Shown piece by piece: positions 54,973 to 64,000 of a stretch of 64,000 nt of DNA. The notes under the pieces were generated by a model. It saw nothing but the letters and a program-made list of their open reading frames with translations, was not told where the DNA came from and did no database searches. Origin of the DNA: Terracidiphilus sp. (GTDB taxonomy: Bacteria > Acidobacteriota > Terriglobia > Terriglobales > Acidobacteriaceae); contig JBEKWJ010000028.1 in assembly GCA_049513195.1 (NCBI GenBank), positions 31,600 to 95,599 of the forward strand, given 5' to 3'. Position 1 is the stretch's first letter. Every line of letters begins with the position of its first letter. The translations under genes were made by a program, and so were the position numbers.

Positions 54973-57093
54973 CTACGGCGTACAAAACTCCGGGGGAATC
55001 TTGAGAATTCGCGTCATCTGGAATTGCGGATGGTCGGAATGTGCGAGAGCTAGAGCACGCTTGAACGATCGCCCCGCTTCCTCATGATTGCCCATATCGA
55101 GCAGAATATTGCCGAGTATGGCATGAGCTTCTGCCGAGTCAGGCGCCAGTTCAATGGATGTCTTCGCTTCAGCCAGAGCTTGATCCCACTCTCGCCGATT
55201 CGCAAGCTGTTGCGCATGGCTCATGTGAGATAGAGCGGAAAGAAGCGGAACATCGAACTGGCCGTGGAAGACAAGAATGCTATTGGCGATAAGAGCGTCA
55301 GGTCGACGATAGAGAAATTGTTCATACGGGTTCAGATCACCGGGACCCCAGTAATCTCCATCGGCCTCGGAGCCGCTTACCAAAATCGTGCCTTCGATGC
55401 GGGTGGGAACAGATGGTAATGGCTCGCCGAACATATGGGAAAGTGCCTCAGGCAGCGGCTTGCACGGAATGTCATAGTAGGCTGGGTCAACATCCCAACC
55501 ATAGTGAGCAAACCAACAATCATGAATGTCATTTGCGTCAAGATAGCTCTTGACAGCGCGCAAGCCCTGCCCCCAATCAGCATTGGAATCGGTAAGGAGC
55601 CGATAAGTATTGGTTGGGCCTCCCCACGCTTCGTTCGCATAAGTCAGGTAGTAGGGAAAGACATGTGCCGATGAAGCCATGTGAAAAAGAACTAGAGCGA
55701 CCGCCGCATATCTTCCCCAGCGCGCTATTCGTGCCAAAGCAACTGCCACAGCCGCCGCAATCACGATGAAGAATGGATAGACCGGTAGAATATGGCGAAT
55801 GCCGATATTCATGGTGCAGGCCAAACTAACTCCGAAATACATAAGTGGGGGGATAAGCAAATAAACCGTCGCGCGCCATTTGCCGGATTTCCATAGATCC
55901 TTGAGAAACGGTGCAGCCAGAAGAAGTGCCAGAAATCCCAGCGTTGACTTGATCAAAAAGGCGACAGGGAAATAGAACCAGTGCCCAGTTGCGTAATCCG
56001 TGCCGAGCAGAAACATCGGATCACGCTTGGCGGCAGTGGCGATATCGACCAGTCCAAAAAGATAAGCCTCGGGAAGCAGATGCCAGGTGGCAAGGCGAGG
56101 AATCACCGCCTCCACTACGGCTGAATGGGTAGAATTGGCGTACTCTGCAAGAGTGGGAACCATGACCAATGTCGCTGGTCGCGCATGGTAGCGAAAACCA
56201 TAGAACGCCCAAAGAATCGCGTAAGCCACAACGCCCGCAAAGGCCAATGAGATAGCCGAATGAAGCGCATTCTGCCGCCACAGACTGTGTCCTGCGCCCT
56301 GCATGGTTTGCGCGGAATGTTGCTTCAAAGTAAAGATGTCAAACAGCGCGAGTACAAGAAATACCGGTATCAGGAATAATCCGGAGTGCTTGGCGCCGAG
56401 CGCCAGGCCAACAGCGATTCCGCATAAAATGATCCGCCACGCGGTGGGATTTTTTCGCCATCGATAAAAAGAGTAGACCGCCGCGAAGAAACAGCATGCC
56501 GCGGCCATATCGGTGGTAACCATCGCTCCATGCGCCAGAAGATTTGGCTCGAAAACCAAGATCAGCAGCGCGACCAATCCCACACGCGAATCAAACATCT
56601 CGGTGCCGGCGGCAAGCACAAGCAGCGCCAGCGCAAAAGTAAAAACAGAAATGGCGACGCGCGAGCGCCACAACATTTCGTCCGCATCGTGGGTGTAAAG
56701 AAACTTTGCTCCACTACTGAAGTTTTCCATCTTGAAGAACTTCGTGTAGGGGATTGCCGGGGGAGATGGGACGCTGAGAACCGGCAGCGCTGCAACGAGC
56801 TTGGCGAACGGAGGATGCTCTGGGTTGGTCCCAAAATCGCCGTACTTCCATGAGCGGACGCCGCCTAGCAGGTGATTTGCTTCGTCCGGAGTTTGGGACT
56901 GCTGTCGCGCTGGAACAAACAGCTCGATTCCAAGAACCATCAAGAGGGCAACAACCGCACTCCACCAAAGCCGTCGTGTGCGCGGAGTCACAAGCCGATT
57001 CGAGTCAGCAGAAGGTAGAGCAATCTGCTCTGCCTGATTTAGGCGATTGGCCCTTGCTTCCGGCTCGGACTCCATTAGCGTAGGATAATCCAT
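54973..57093 (-). CDS. GT-C (GT39/ArnT-PMT-like) membrane glycosyltransferase with C-terminal TPR (start uncertain)
   Basis: TPDEANHL, NPEHPPFAKL, FEPNLLAHGAMVTTD, GAKHSG, YFPVAFLIKST, NIGIRHILPVYP, DSNADWGQ; TPR ALAEAKTSIELAPDSAEAHAILG. Confidence 0.8.
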   Translation of the reverse strand: MDYPTLMESEPEARANRLNQAEQIALPSADSNRLVTPRTRRLWWSAVVALLMVLGIELFVPARQQSQTPDEANHLLGGVRSWKYGDFGTNPEHPPFAKLVAALPVLSVPSPPAIPYTKFFKMENFSSGAKFLYTHDADEMLWRSRVAISVFTFALALLVLAAGTEMFDSRVGLVALLILVFEPNLLAHGAMVTTDMAAACCFFAAVYSFYRWRKNPTAWRIILCGIAVGLALGAKHSGLFLIPVFLVLALFDIFTLKQHSAQTMQGAGHSLWRQNALHSAISLAFAGVVAYAILWAFYGFRYHARPATLVMVPTLAEYANSTHSAVVEAVIPRLATWHLLPEAYLFGLVDIATAAKRDPMFLLGTDYATGHWFYFPVAFLIKSTLGFLALLLAAPFLKDLWKSGKWRATVYLLIPPLMYFGVSLACTMNIGIRHILPVYPFFIVIAAAVAVALARIARWGRYAAVALVLFHMASSAHVFPYYLTYANEAWGGPTNTYRLLTDSNADWGQGLRAVKSYLDANDIHDCWFAHYGWDVDPAYYDIPCKPLPEALSHMFGEPLPSVPTRIEGTILVSGSEADGDYWGPGDLNPYEQFLYRRPDALIANSILVFHGQFDVPLLSALSHMSHAQQLANRREWDQALAEAKTSIELAPDSAEAHAILGNILLDMGNHEEAGRSFKRALALAHSDHPQFQMTRILKIPPEFCTP

Positions 57094-57268
57094 CCGCGAT
57101 GTGGGATGGCCGCCGAGTCGCACCCGCGAGTCGCACCCTGTAGATGGCTTCGGCTTCGGAATGTAGCACTTGAATGACGAACGATTTGTTAGTTCACCGT
57201 CTCCAGCGTACACGACTTGCCGCACCCACTCGCGGTCCCGGGGCCCAATGTTGTATCGTTCAATCCGT

Positions 57269-57994
57269 ATGACAAACTCTCCCAACAACGCCCCGCATCC
57301 CGCACCTGAGGCGGAAGAAGTCTACCGCCGCTGGATTCAGTTTCTTGATGAAGAGTTCACCCGCCACCAGGCTCCGGAGCTGCGCGCAGAAATTGTGCGC
57401 GACCAGCTAACCCAGCTATTCCTGGGCCGTCCGCATGGCGGCAAGCTCAACCTGACGCTCACCTCCGAGCTGCCTGGCAACGTTGTCTCGCTCTCGCTGG
57501 ACCCGGCAAACGTGACTCTCGAAGCGGAGCACTTCCCCGATGTCGATCACGAGCGGTTCGCGCGGCGCAAGCCACTGCTTTGGTTCTGGCAAATGTTCGA
57601 CCGTTCGCCCGTCGGAACCAACCACTGGCTGGGTCTGCGCTTCCGCGCAATGCTGGGTCGCCACATCTTTGCACGCCTCGGCGCGGGCGTCAAAATTTTC
57701 CATGGCGTTGACCTGACCTTCGGCTACAACCTGAGCATCGAAGAAGGCGCGACCATCCGCCAGCGCGCCCTTTTGAACGACCGTGGCGGCATCACTATCG
57801 GCAAGGGCGCCGTCATTGGATCGTATGCCCGCATCTATTCCCACAGCCACGCCGCGCACGACTTCGGCGAGGTGACGCTGGCCGCAACCGTGATCGGCCC
57901 CGCAGCCCGCATCGCAAGCCACGCCATCGTATTGGCCGGTCAGCATGTCGCTGCTGGCGAACTCGTTGGCAGCTTTCCGGCTGATCGCGTCTGA
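57269..57994 (+). CDS. Hexapeptide-repeat (LbH) acyltransferase
   Basis: LGAGVKIFHGVDLTFGYNLSIEEGATI, ITIGKGAVIGSYARIYSHSH, TVIGPAARI. Confidence 0.8.
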   Translation: MTNSPNNAPHPAPEAEEVYRRWIQFLDEEFTRHQAPELRAEIVRDQLTQLFLGRPHGGKLNLTLTSELPGNVVSLSLDPANVTLEAEHFPDVDHERFARRKPLLWFWQMFDRSPVGTNHWLGLRFRAMLGRHIFARLGAGVKIFHGVDLTFGYNLSIEEGATIRQRALLNDRGGITIGKGAVIGSYARIYSHSHAAHDFGEVTLAATVIGPAARIASHAIVLAGQHVAAGELVGSFPADRV

Positions 57995-58018
57995 ACAAGC
58001 CGCGCGATCAACCGGCTC

Positions 58019-58696
58019 TTACAACTGATCGAAAATCTCGCGGAACTCCCATGCGCCTGATTTTCCTGCCAGCCACTCGGCCCCGCGGATAGCGCCTATC
58101 GCAAAGCCGCGCCGGCTGTGAGCGTCATGGCTAAGCTGCAGCGTGTCGGTCTCGCTCGCCGCAGTCACAACATGCTCGCCTTTAGCGTCGCCTACCCGAT
58201 GAGAAGTGATTTCGACTTTGATTCCGGGCTGCGCGGCTTCAATGATTTCCCGCAGAGTGATCGCAGTACCGCTGGGAGCGTCAAGCTTCGAGACGTGATG
58301 AGTCTCGGCGATGGAGAAAGAGTAGCCTTCGAGTTGGGCCAGCGATGCGGTCAGGCGAAAGAGCTTTTGCACGCCAATGGAGAAGTTGGTTCCATAGAGC
58401 AATCCGCCTTTGTGCTGTTGGGCGAGAGATTTCATCTCATCGAGATGCGCGTACCAGCCGGTAGTGCCAACGACGACGCGCCCGCCGAGCGTGAGTATGG
58501 CGCGCATGTTTTCGACGGCGGCTTCGGCTGCTGTGAAGTCGATGACCGCGTCGACGCCGGCGAGACTGGTAGCCGTGAGTGCGGAGGCGTGCTGGTTCTC
58601 GTTGATGTCAAGCGCACGCACTGAGTGGCCGCGCTCGCGAGCGACGTCGGCAACCAGGCTGCCGGTTTTTCCCTTGCCCAAAACTAGAAATTGCAT
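58019..58696 (-). CDS. dapB: 4-hydroxy-tetrahydrodipicolinate reductase
   Basis: LGKGKTG, VIDFT, VVGTTGW, NFSIG, ETHHVSKLDAPSGTA, FAIGAIRGAEWL. Confidence 0.95.
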   Translation of the reverse strand: MQFLVLGKGKTGSLVADVARERGHSVRALDINENQHASALTATSLAGVDAVIDFTAAEAAVENMRAILTLGGRVVVGTTGWYAHLDEMKSLAQQHKGGLLYGTNFSIGVQKLFRLTASLAQLEGYSFSIAETHHVSKLDAPSGTAITLREIIEAAQPGIKVEITSHRVGDAKGEHVVTAASETDTLQLSHDAHSRRGFAIGAIRGAEWLAGKSGAWEFREIFDQL

Positions 58697-58805
58697 GATG
58701 ACCTCGTCGAAAATGATTCAGATTCGTATTGCGGGCTAAAACCTTGCGGAACAACACCATTTTATCTGGTCACAGGATGCCGTGGCGTTATCCTGAAGTG
58801 GACCG

Positions 58806-61337
58806 ATGCTTGACTCTCAATCGACCGCTCCAACGCACGCATTCTCTTTCGCGCCTCTCTCTCGACGCCGCAAGCGCCGCTGGCCGCGGATTCTGCTATG
58901 GGCGGCGGGCGGCCTGCTGGCCTTCATTCTGCTGGCTGCCGTCGCTGGCGTGCTGTGGCTGCGCTCGACGGCCAAAGCTGCGCTGCCAGTGCTCGATGGC
59001 GACCTGCACGTGGCCGGGCTCTCTGCCCCGGTCGTCGTCCGCCGCGACAGCCATGGCGTGCCCCACATTGAAGCGTCAAGCCAGGACGATCTCTTCGTGG
59101 CTCAAGGCTATGTCACGGCGCAAGACCGGCTCTGGCAGATGGACCTGCTTCGGCGCAACTCCAACGGCGAGCTGGCGGAGATTCTCGGCCCTTCGTTGGT
59201 TGGTCACGACCGTGCGCAGCGAGTGCTGCAATTTCGCAATACGGCGCGGCGCATCTATGCCAATCTGCCCGCCGACGACCGCGCCCGCCTCGACGATTAT
59301 GCGCGCGGCGTCAACCTCTTCATCGCGCAAAATCAAGCCACGCTGCCGCCGGAGTTCAAGCTGCTGTTCTATCGCCCACAGCCCTGGAGCGGCGTGGATT
59401 CAATCTCGATTGGTCTAGGAATGGTCCAGTTGCTGGACACTCACTGGGATGTAAAGTTGAGCCGCGAGCGCATTGCCGCCAAGCTGAACAACCCCAAGCT
59501 GGAGGCCGATCTCTACCCAGTCGGCTCGTGGCGCGACCATCCGCCCACCGGCGTGCAAGTGGACCTGAGCCAGCCGCACCCTGAGCCAGCTCCGGCCACC
59601 GACGACGACGATGATGACGACGATCGCAGCCAGGCCAGTGTCGCCCCGCCTGCTCATGAAGACCTTCGCGCTTTGCGCGCCCTGCTCGGCCTGCCCGCGT
59701 GCAACGGCTGCACTCCCGGCTCGAATAACTGGGTCATCGCCGGACGCCACACCGCCAGTGGCCAACCGCTGCTCGCAAACGATATGCACCTCGGCCTGAC
59801 CGAGCCCAACGTCTGGTACATGGCCGACCTCAAGGCGCCCGGCTACCACGCCACTGGAGTCGCCGTGCCGGGAATGCCCTTCATCATTGCCGGACACAAC
59901 GAGCACGTCGCCTGGGGATTTACCGCGCTCTACGCCGACGTGCAGGACTTGTACGTCGAACAGTTGGACGGCAAAGGCAACTTTCAGGATTTGGACGCGC
60001 AGTGGAAGCCGCTACAAATTGATCACGAAGTCATCAAAGTGCGCGGCGGCAAAGACGTACTGCTCGATGTCCAGTTCACCACCCACGGTCCGCTGCTGAA
60101 TCCGCTCTTCACCAAAGAGAAGCGGCCCATCGCGCTCAAATGGACGCTCTATGATCCGTCGCTGAATACGCTGCCGATCTATCAGCTCAACGTCGCATCC
60201 AACTGGACGGAGTTTTCCGCAGCGCTAGCCACGTGGTCGTGGCCCACGCAGAATGTGGTTTACTCGGACGATCAAGGACACATCGCTTATCACGCCATCG
60301 GCAAGGTGCCGAGCAGGATGCTTGGCTTCGGAGTTTTTGACAAACCTCTTCCGCACGGCAAGCTTGATCTGCGCTTTGAATGGGGAGATGAAATAGCAAA
60401 CAAATGGATACCTTACATTCCTTTTGACGCAATGCCGCATTCTATCGATCCACCCTCTGGTTTTTTGGCCACAGCCAACTCCCGCGTGCGCAGCGAAAAG
60501 TTCCCAATCCGCTTGACCGACGAATGGGTCGATCCCTACCGCATAGAGCGCATCTACAAATCTCTAGAAGGACGCGACCATCTCACGCCTGCCGACATGC
60601 TCGCCGTGCAGACCGACGTATACAGCGAGGTCGATCAAGAGTTAGGCCATCGCTTTGCCTACGCCATCGACCACACGCCCTCAGCCGACGAGCGCCTCAA
60701 GAAAGCTGCCGATCTGATGCGCTCCTGGGATGGCCGACTCACCACCGACTCCGCCGCCGCTTCTCTGGTCACTCAAACTCGCTATGCGCTTTGGCCACTG
60801 ATTCTCAAGCCCAAGCTAGGTGACGACGCCAAAGATTACCACTGGTCCGAATCTAACTTCGCCGAGGAAGAGATCGTCATGCACGCGAGCGCCGACTGGC
60901 TCCCGCTCGGCTACAAAAACTGGGACGCCCTCTTGACCGACGCCGTCCGCATCGGCATGGAGCAGGGTAAGTCCCCCAGCGACGTTGCCCGTTGGAGTTA
61001 TGGAAGCTGGCATGTGGTTGATATCGAGCATCCGCTGGCTGCGTTTCTGCCGCTGGTGAGCCGCATAGCTGGAACTGGCGAGCAACCGCTCAGTGGCGAC
61101 ACTACCACCGTGAAACAAGTGGGCCGCGCCTTCGGCCCTTCGCAGCGCTTCATCATGGACTGGAGCAACATTGACGGCTCGACAGAAAACATCGTCCTTG
61201 GCGAGAGCGGCAATCCGTACTCGCCCTACTTCCGCGACCAATGGAAAGACTGGTACGGCGGCACGACCTTCGCACTACCCTTCAGCGAGGCAGCCGTCGC
61301 CGCGCAAACCCAGCACACGCTGCGGTTGCTGCCGTGA
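58806..61337 (+). CDS. Penicillin acylase family (peptidase S45, Ntn hydrolase), membrane-anchored
   Basis: RDSHGVPHI, GYVTAQDRLWQMDLLRR, GSNNW nucleophile, LLANDMHL, ATANSR. Confidence 0.92.
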   Translation: MLDSQSTAPTHAFSFAPLSRRRKRRWPRILLWAAGGLLAFILLAAVAGVLWLRSTAKAALPVLDGDLHVAGLSAPVVVRRDSHGVPHIEASSQDDLFVAQGYVTAQDRLWQMDLLRRNSNGELAEILGPSLVGHDRAQRVLQFRNTARRIYANLPADDRARLDDYARGVNLFIAQNQATLPPEFKLLFYRPQPWSGVDSISIGLGMVQLLDTHWDVKLSRERIAAKLNNPKLEADLYPVGSWRDHPPTGVQVDLSQPHPEPAPATDDDDDDDDRSQASVAPPAHEDLRALRALLGLPACNGCTPGSNNWVIAGRHTASGQPLLANDMHLGLTEPNVWYMADLKAPGYHATGVAVPGMPFIIAGHNEHVAWGFTALYADVQDLYVEQLDGKGNFQDLDAQWKPLQIDHEVIKVRGGKDVLLDVQFTTHGPLLNPLFTKEKRPIALKWTLYDPSLNTLPIYQLNVASNWTEFSAALATWSWPTQNVVYSDDQGHIAYHAIGKVPSRMLGFGVFDKPLPHGKLDLRFEWGDEIANKWIPYIPFDAMPHSIDPPSGFLATANSRVRSEKFPIRLTDEWVDPYRIERIYKSLEGRDHLTPADMLAVQTDVYSEVDQELGHRFAYAIDHTPSADERLKKAADLMRSWDGRLTTDSAAASLVTQTRYALWPLILKPKLGDDAKDYHWSESNFAEEEIVMHASADWLPLGYKNWDALLTDAVRIGMEQGKSPSDVARWSYGSWHVVDIEHPLAAFLPLVSRIAGTGEQPLSGDTTTVKQVGRAFGPSQRFIMDWSNIDGSTENIVLGESGNPYSPYFRDQWKDWYGGTTFALPFSEAAVAAQTQHTLRLLP

Positions 61338-63217
61338 AACTGTCTTCTCATCACGACGACGGGGTGCCCCAGGTCTCGAATTTGAAATCTGGAATAACAT
61401 CCTGTTGGCATCGCTTCGCCGGTCCCGCCATCATCCTCCTAGCCGCTGCCATAGCCATAGCGCCGCAACTCATCCACGGTCCATCTTGCGGTCACGACTT
61501 CGACTTCCATCTAGTCTCATGGTTCGATTGCCTCAACAGTTGGCGGCACGGGGTTCTCTACCCTCACTGGACAGCCAGCGCTAACTACGGAGCGGGCGAG
61601 CCGCGCTTCATCTTTTACCCGCCGCTCACCTGGATGCTCGGCGCAGCACTCGGCCTCGTCTTGCCCTGGACGCGTGTACCGATTGCAATGACGTTTCTGT
61701 TTCTGGCTGGCACGGGACTAGCCACCCGCGCGCTTGCCCGCCAGGCGCTCGACGACGGCGCAGCCACGCTGGCTGGTTGCGCGGCGATCTTTTCCGGCTA
61801 CACGCTCTTCACCGCCTACGAACGCACGGCCTTCGCCGAGTTTGCCGGCGGCTGCTGGATTCCCCTGGTCTTGCTTTATCTCCTGCGCGAAAGCGCTCCA
61901 TCGGCCAACACATTGGCTAGCCCTGCTCCCGCCTCTGTCTGGAGGAGTGCTCTCGATGCTTCCATCGTGCCGCTCGCTGTGGCCGTCGCCGGTGCATGGC
62001 TGGCGAACCCGACGGTCGGCGTGATGGCCTGTTACTTGCTCGTCGTGGTCGCACTAACGCGGGCTCTGCTCTTGCGCTCATTGGCGGTTCTGGTGCGTGC
62101 CGCAGCTGGCACAATGCTGGGGATGAGTCTCGTGGCCGCCTATTTAATCCCCGCGGCCTGGGAGCGGCGATGGGTAGATATTCTGCAGGTCACCGAAGAT
62201 CCGGGACAGACTCTCGAAAACAACTGGCTCTTTGCCGTCCACGCTAACCCTGCCCTGCGGCTCCACGACGAGGTTCTGCGCACGGCCTCGATCATTGCCG
62301 TCGTGATGATCGCCGTGGCGCTGGGCGGCCTGCTGGTGAGTCGGCTGCGCGGGCGTCTCCCGGCAAAGCCGCAATGGTGGATTCCTCTTGCCCTGATCCC
62401 CATCATCGTTCTTGTCCTTCAGTTTCCCGTCTCGCACGCGCTGTGGAATCTCCTCCCTGAACTCCGCTTCCTGCAGTTTCCCTGGCGCTGGCTGCTGGTG
62501 CTGGAAGCGCCCATGGCGATCTTCTTCGCCTCGGCCGTTTGGCCCCCTCCCGAGACTCGGCTTTGGCGGCACGTTGCGGTTGCGGCTGCCTGCATTGCCG
62601 TCTTTCTGGCAATGACCCTCTGCGCGGATCGAGTCTTCTTTCAGGGTTGCGACGATGCGGGTTCTGTCACCGGAATGTTGCAGACTTATCGCGCTGGTCA
62701 GGGCTTTCAAGGTACTGGCGAATACGAGCCCATTGGCGCCGATAATTCCCTCGTCTCGACAAGCTTGCCGCAAGCCTGCCTGGTTGCCGATTCTTCCACT
62801 GTGCTGGGCGAGCCTCCTGCCGGTGCGGCAATCTCCAACGATCCTGACGCCGATGTACCCAATCCCATCTGGAGCGCGGGGCAGGGAAGTTGCGCGGCAA
62901 CCTTCACCGCGCAACTCTGGCAGCCCGAGCATAAGCGGCTCCGCGTCGTCATTCCCGACGCCGGATTCCTGGTCTTGCGCTTGCGCAGTTATCCAGCCTG
63001 GCGAATTGCGGTGAACGGCCAGCTCGTTTCCGATCTGCCGCAGCGTGACGATGGCCTGATCGCCGTCCCGGTTCCGCAAGGCCCGATCGATCTCGCCGTG
63101 GATTGGACCACCACCACGGATGTTCTTGCCGGACGCTGGCTCAGCGTCCTTGCTGCGCTCTTGCTCGCAGCTCTTTGGTTCCTGGAGCGAAGGTTGAGCC
63201 GTTCTCGGTTATCATGA
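61334..63217 (+). CDS. 6-pyruvoyl-tetrahydropterin-synthase-related / YfhO-like polytopic membrane protein (GT-C-like)
   Basis: GHDFDFHLVSW, YGAGEPRFIFYPPL, FLQFPWRWL, GTGEYEP, YPAWRIAVNG; GTGA overlap with the upstream stop. Confidence 0.75.
   Translation: MKLSSHHDDGVPQVSNLKSGITSCWHRFAGPAIILLAAAIAIAPQLIHGPSCGHDFDFHLVSWFDCLNSWRHGVLYPHWTASANYGAGEPRFIFYPPLTWMLGAALGLVLPWTRVPIAMTFLFLAGTGLATRALARQALDDGAATLAGCAAIFSGYTLFTAYERTAFAEFAGGCWIPLVLLYLLRESAPSANTLASPAPASVWRSALDASIVPLAVAVAGAWLANPTVGVMACYLLVVVALTRALLLRSLAVLVRAAAGTMLGMSLVAAYLIPAAWERRWVDILQVTEDPGQTLENNWLFAVHANPALRLHDEVLRTASIIAVVMIAVALGGLLVSRLRGRLPAKPQWWIPLALIPIIVLVLQFPVSHALWNLLPELRFLQFPWRWLLVLEAPMAIFFASAVWPPPETRLWRHVAVAAACIAVFLAMTLCADRVFFQGCDDAGSVTGMLQTYRAGQGFQGTGEYEPIGADNSLVSTSLPQACLVADSSTVLGEPPAGAAISNDPDADVPNPIWSAGQGSCAATFTAQLWQPEHKRLRVVIPDAGFLVLRLRSYPAWRIAVNGQLVSDLPQRDDGLIAVPVPQGPIDLAVDWTTTTDVLAGRWLSVLAALLLAALWFLERRLSRSRLS
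61361..61394 (+). repeat. REP-like palindrome inside the predicted 5' end of a CDS
   Basis: GGGGTGCCCCAGGTCTCGAATTTTGAAATCTGGAA; related to 34458-34490. Confidence 0.6.
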
Positions 63218-64000
63218 AAGAAATGTCTGTCGATGTAAAATCGCTTCTGCAAGAAGGCGCGGAGCTCACCAGCCAGGCGCTGGAGGAGCTTCTTTTCAGC
63301 GCCGAAACTGTGCCTGCTTCCATTCATGGCGCCATGCGTCACTCCACCTTCGCGGGTGGCAAGCGCCTCCGTCCGGTGCTGGCGTATCAGGCTGCTGTCA
63401 CCATCGCCGGCTCGCTGCCCGCAGGAATCGCCCGGCTCGGCGCGGCTCTCGAAATGCTTCACACCTACTCGCTCATCCACGATGACCTGCCCGCTCTGGA
63501 CAACGACGATCTGCGCCGCGGCAAGCCCACCTGCCACGTAGCCTTCGGCGAGGCCATCGCCATCCTGGCAGGAGACGCTCTGCAAACTCGCGCCTTTGAG
63601 GTGCTCGCAGGAATTGACTCGCCGCCTGCCGCAACCGTCCAGATCATCGGCCTCATCGCCAACGCCGTCGGCACCGTCGAGGGCATGATCGGCGGCCAGG
63701 TGCTTGACATCGAGAGCGAACATCTCAAGCCAACCCCGACCTTGGTCCAATCCATTCACCGAGCCAAAACCGGCGCGCTGATTCGCGTCAGTGTTGTCAC
63801 CGGCGGAGTTTATGCCGGAGCCCTGGAGGACGACGTCGCTCGCCTGGATTTGTTTGGCCGCAAAGCTGGACTGGCTTTTCAAATCGTGGATGATGTGCTG
63901 GATTTGACGGTGGACTCGGCGCATCTGGGCAAGACCGCCGGCAAAGATGCAGCCACCGAAAAGGCAACATGGCCGGCTGTCTATGGTATCGAGCAGAGCC
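63214..64000 (+). CDS. ispA: Polyprenyl diphosphate synthase (geranyltranstransferase), 3' truncated by the window edge
   Basis: Manual translation from ATG 63214 (ATGA overlap): GGKRLRP, HTYSLIHDDLPALDNDDLRRGKPTCH, GQVLD, KTGAL, FQIVDDVLD. Confidence 0.93.
   Translation, partial: MKEMSVDVKSLLQEGAELTSQALEELLFSAETVPASIHGAMRHSTFAGGKRLRPVLAYQAAVTIAGSLPAGIARLGAALEMLHTYSLIHDDLPALDNDDLRRGKPTCHVAFGEAIAILAGDALQTRAFEVLAGIDSPPAATVQIIGLIANAVGTVEGMIGGQVLDIESEHLKPTPTLVQSIHRAKTGALIRVSVVTGGVYAGALEDDVARLDLFGRKAGLAFQIVDDVLDLTVDSAHLGKTAGKDAATEKATWPAVYGIEQS

Noticed and set aside
57114-57139. Short GAGTCGCACCC direct repeat
   Set aside because: Two copies only, with no structure or recurrence elsewhere.
59598-59625. 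GAC/GAT run encoding poly-Asp in the acylase
   Set aside because: In frame, mixed codons, and located in the variable spacer before the SNNW nucleophile; not a phase-variation tract.
226-63924. Long antisense or alternate-frame ORFs (e.g. 226..849, 3324..4226, 9486..10340, 12503..13411, 18901..19809, 45498..46658, 62144..63079, 62989..63924)
   Set aside because: They shadow well-supported genes and lack recognisable motifs; expected in GC-rich DNA.
1-64000. tRNA, rRNA, prophage, retron or anti-phage defence genes
   Set aside because: No cloverleaf, rRNA-like, phage structural, reverse transcriptase or known defence motifs were recognised, apart from the TA pair.

Overview
A 64-kb GC-rich bacterial chromosomal segment. 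The lineage is probably Acidobacteriota (Terriglobia/Acidobacteriaceae-like), inferred from the carboxypeptidase-regulatory/Oar-type TonB receptor, the TIGR03435 protein, the FecR-DUF6600 protein and the repeat families. It contains the origin-type housekeeping genes rpmH-rnpA-yidD-yidC, dnaA, a jag-like gene and mnmE, in shuffled order and with no dnaN in the window. Other housekeeping genes are thyX, uvrD/pcrA, rpmB, phoU, dapB and ispA. Accessory blocks are a PIN/Phd toxin-antitoxin pair, a TonB receptor + beta-propeller sensor kinase + response regulator + GH35 carbohydrate locus, an Ig-repeat/DUF3494 ice-binding lipoprotein next to a frameshifted OmpA-family gene, c-di-GMP genes (PAS-GGDEF-EAL; PilZ coupled to a pseudo-receiver LuxR regulator) and GT-C-type glycosylation genes. 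The most striking feature is a REP-associated tyrosine transposase (RAYT) cassette starting at the base after the dnaA stop codon. It holds four cognate palindromes, 116-bp direct repeats carrying DnaA-box-like 9-mers and 18-bp inverted boundary motifs. Related GTGCCCC-footed palindromes are scattered through the window; two are nested with other repeats and one appears to lie inside a coding sequence. Other notable items are an apparent ~20-aa in-frame deletion in YidC, a 20-bp tandem duplication splitting the OmpA gene, and a structured leader upstream of rpmB. All calls come from reading motifs by eye; no database searches or folding computations were run.
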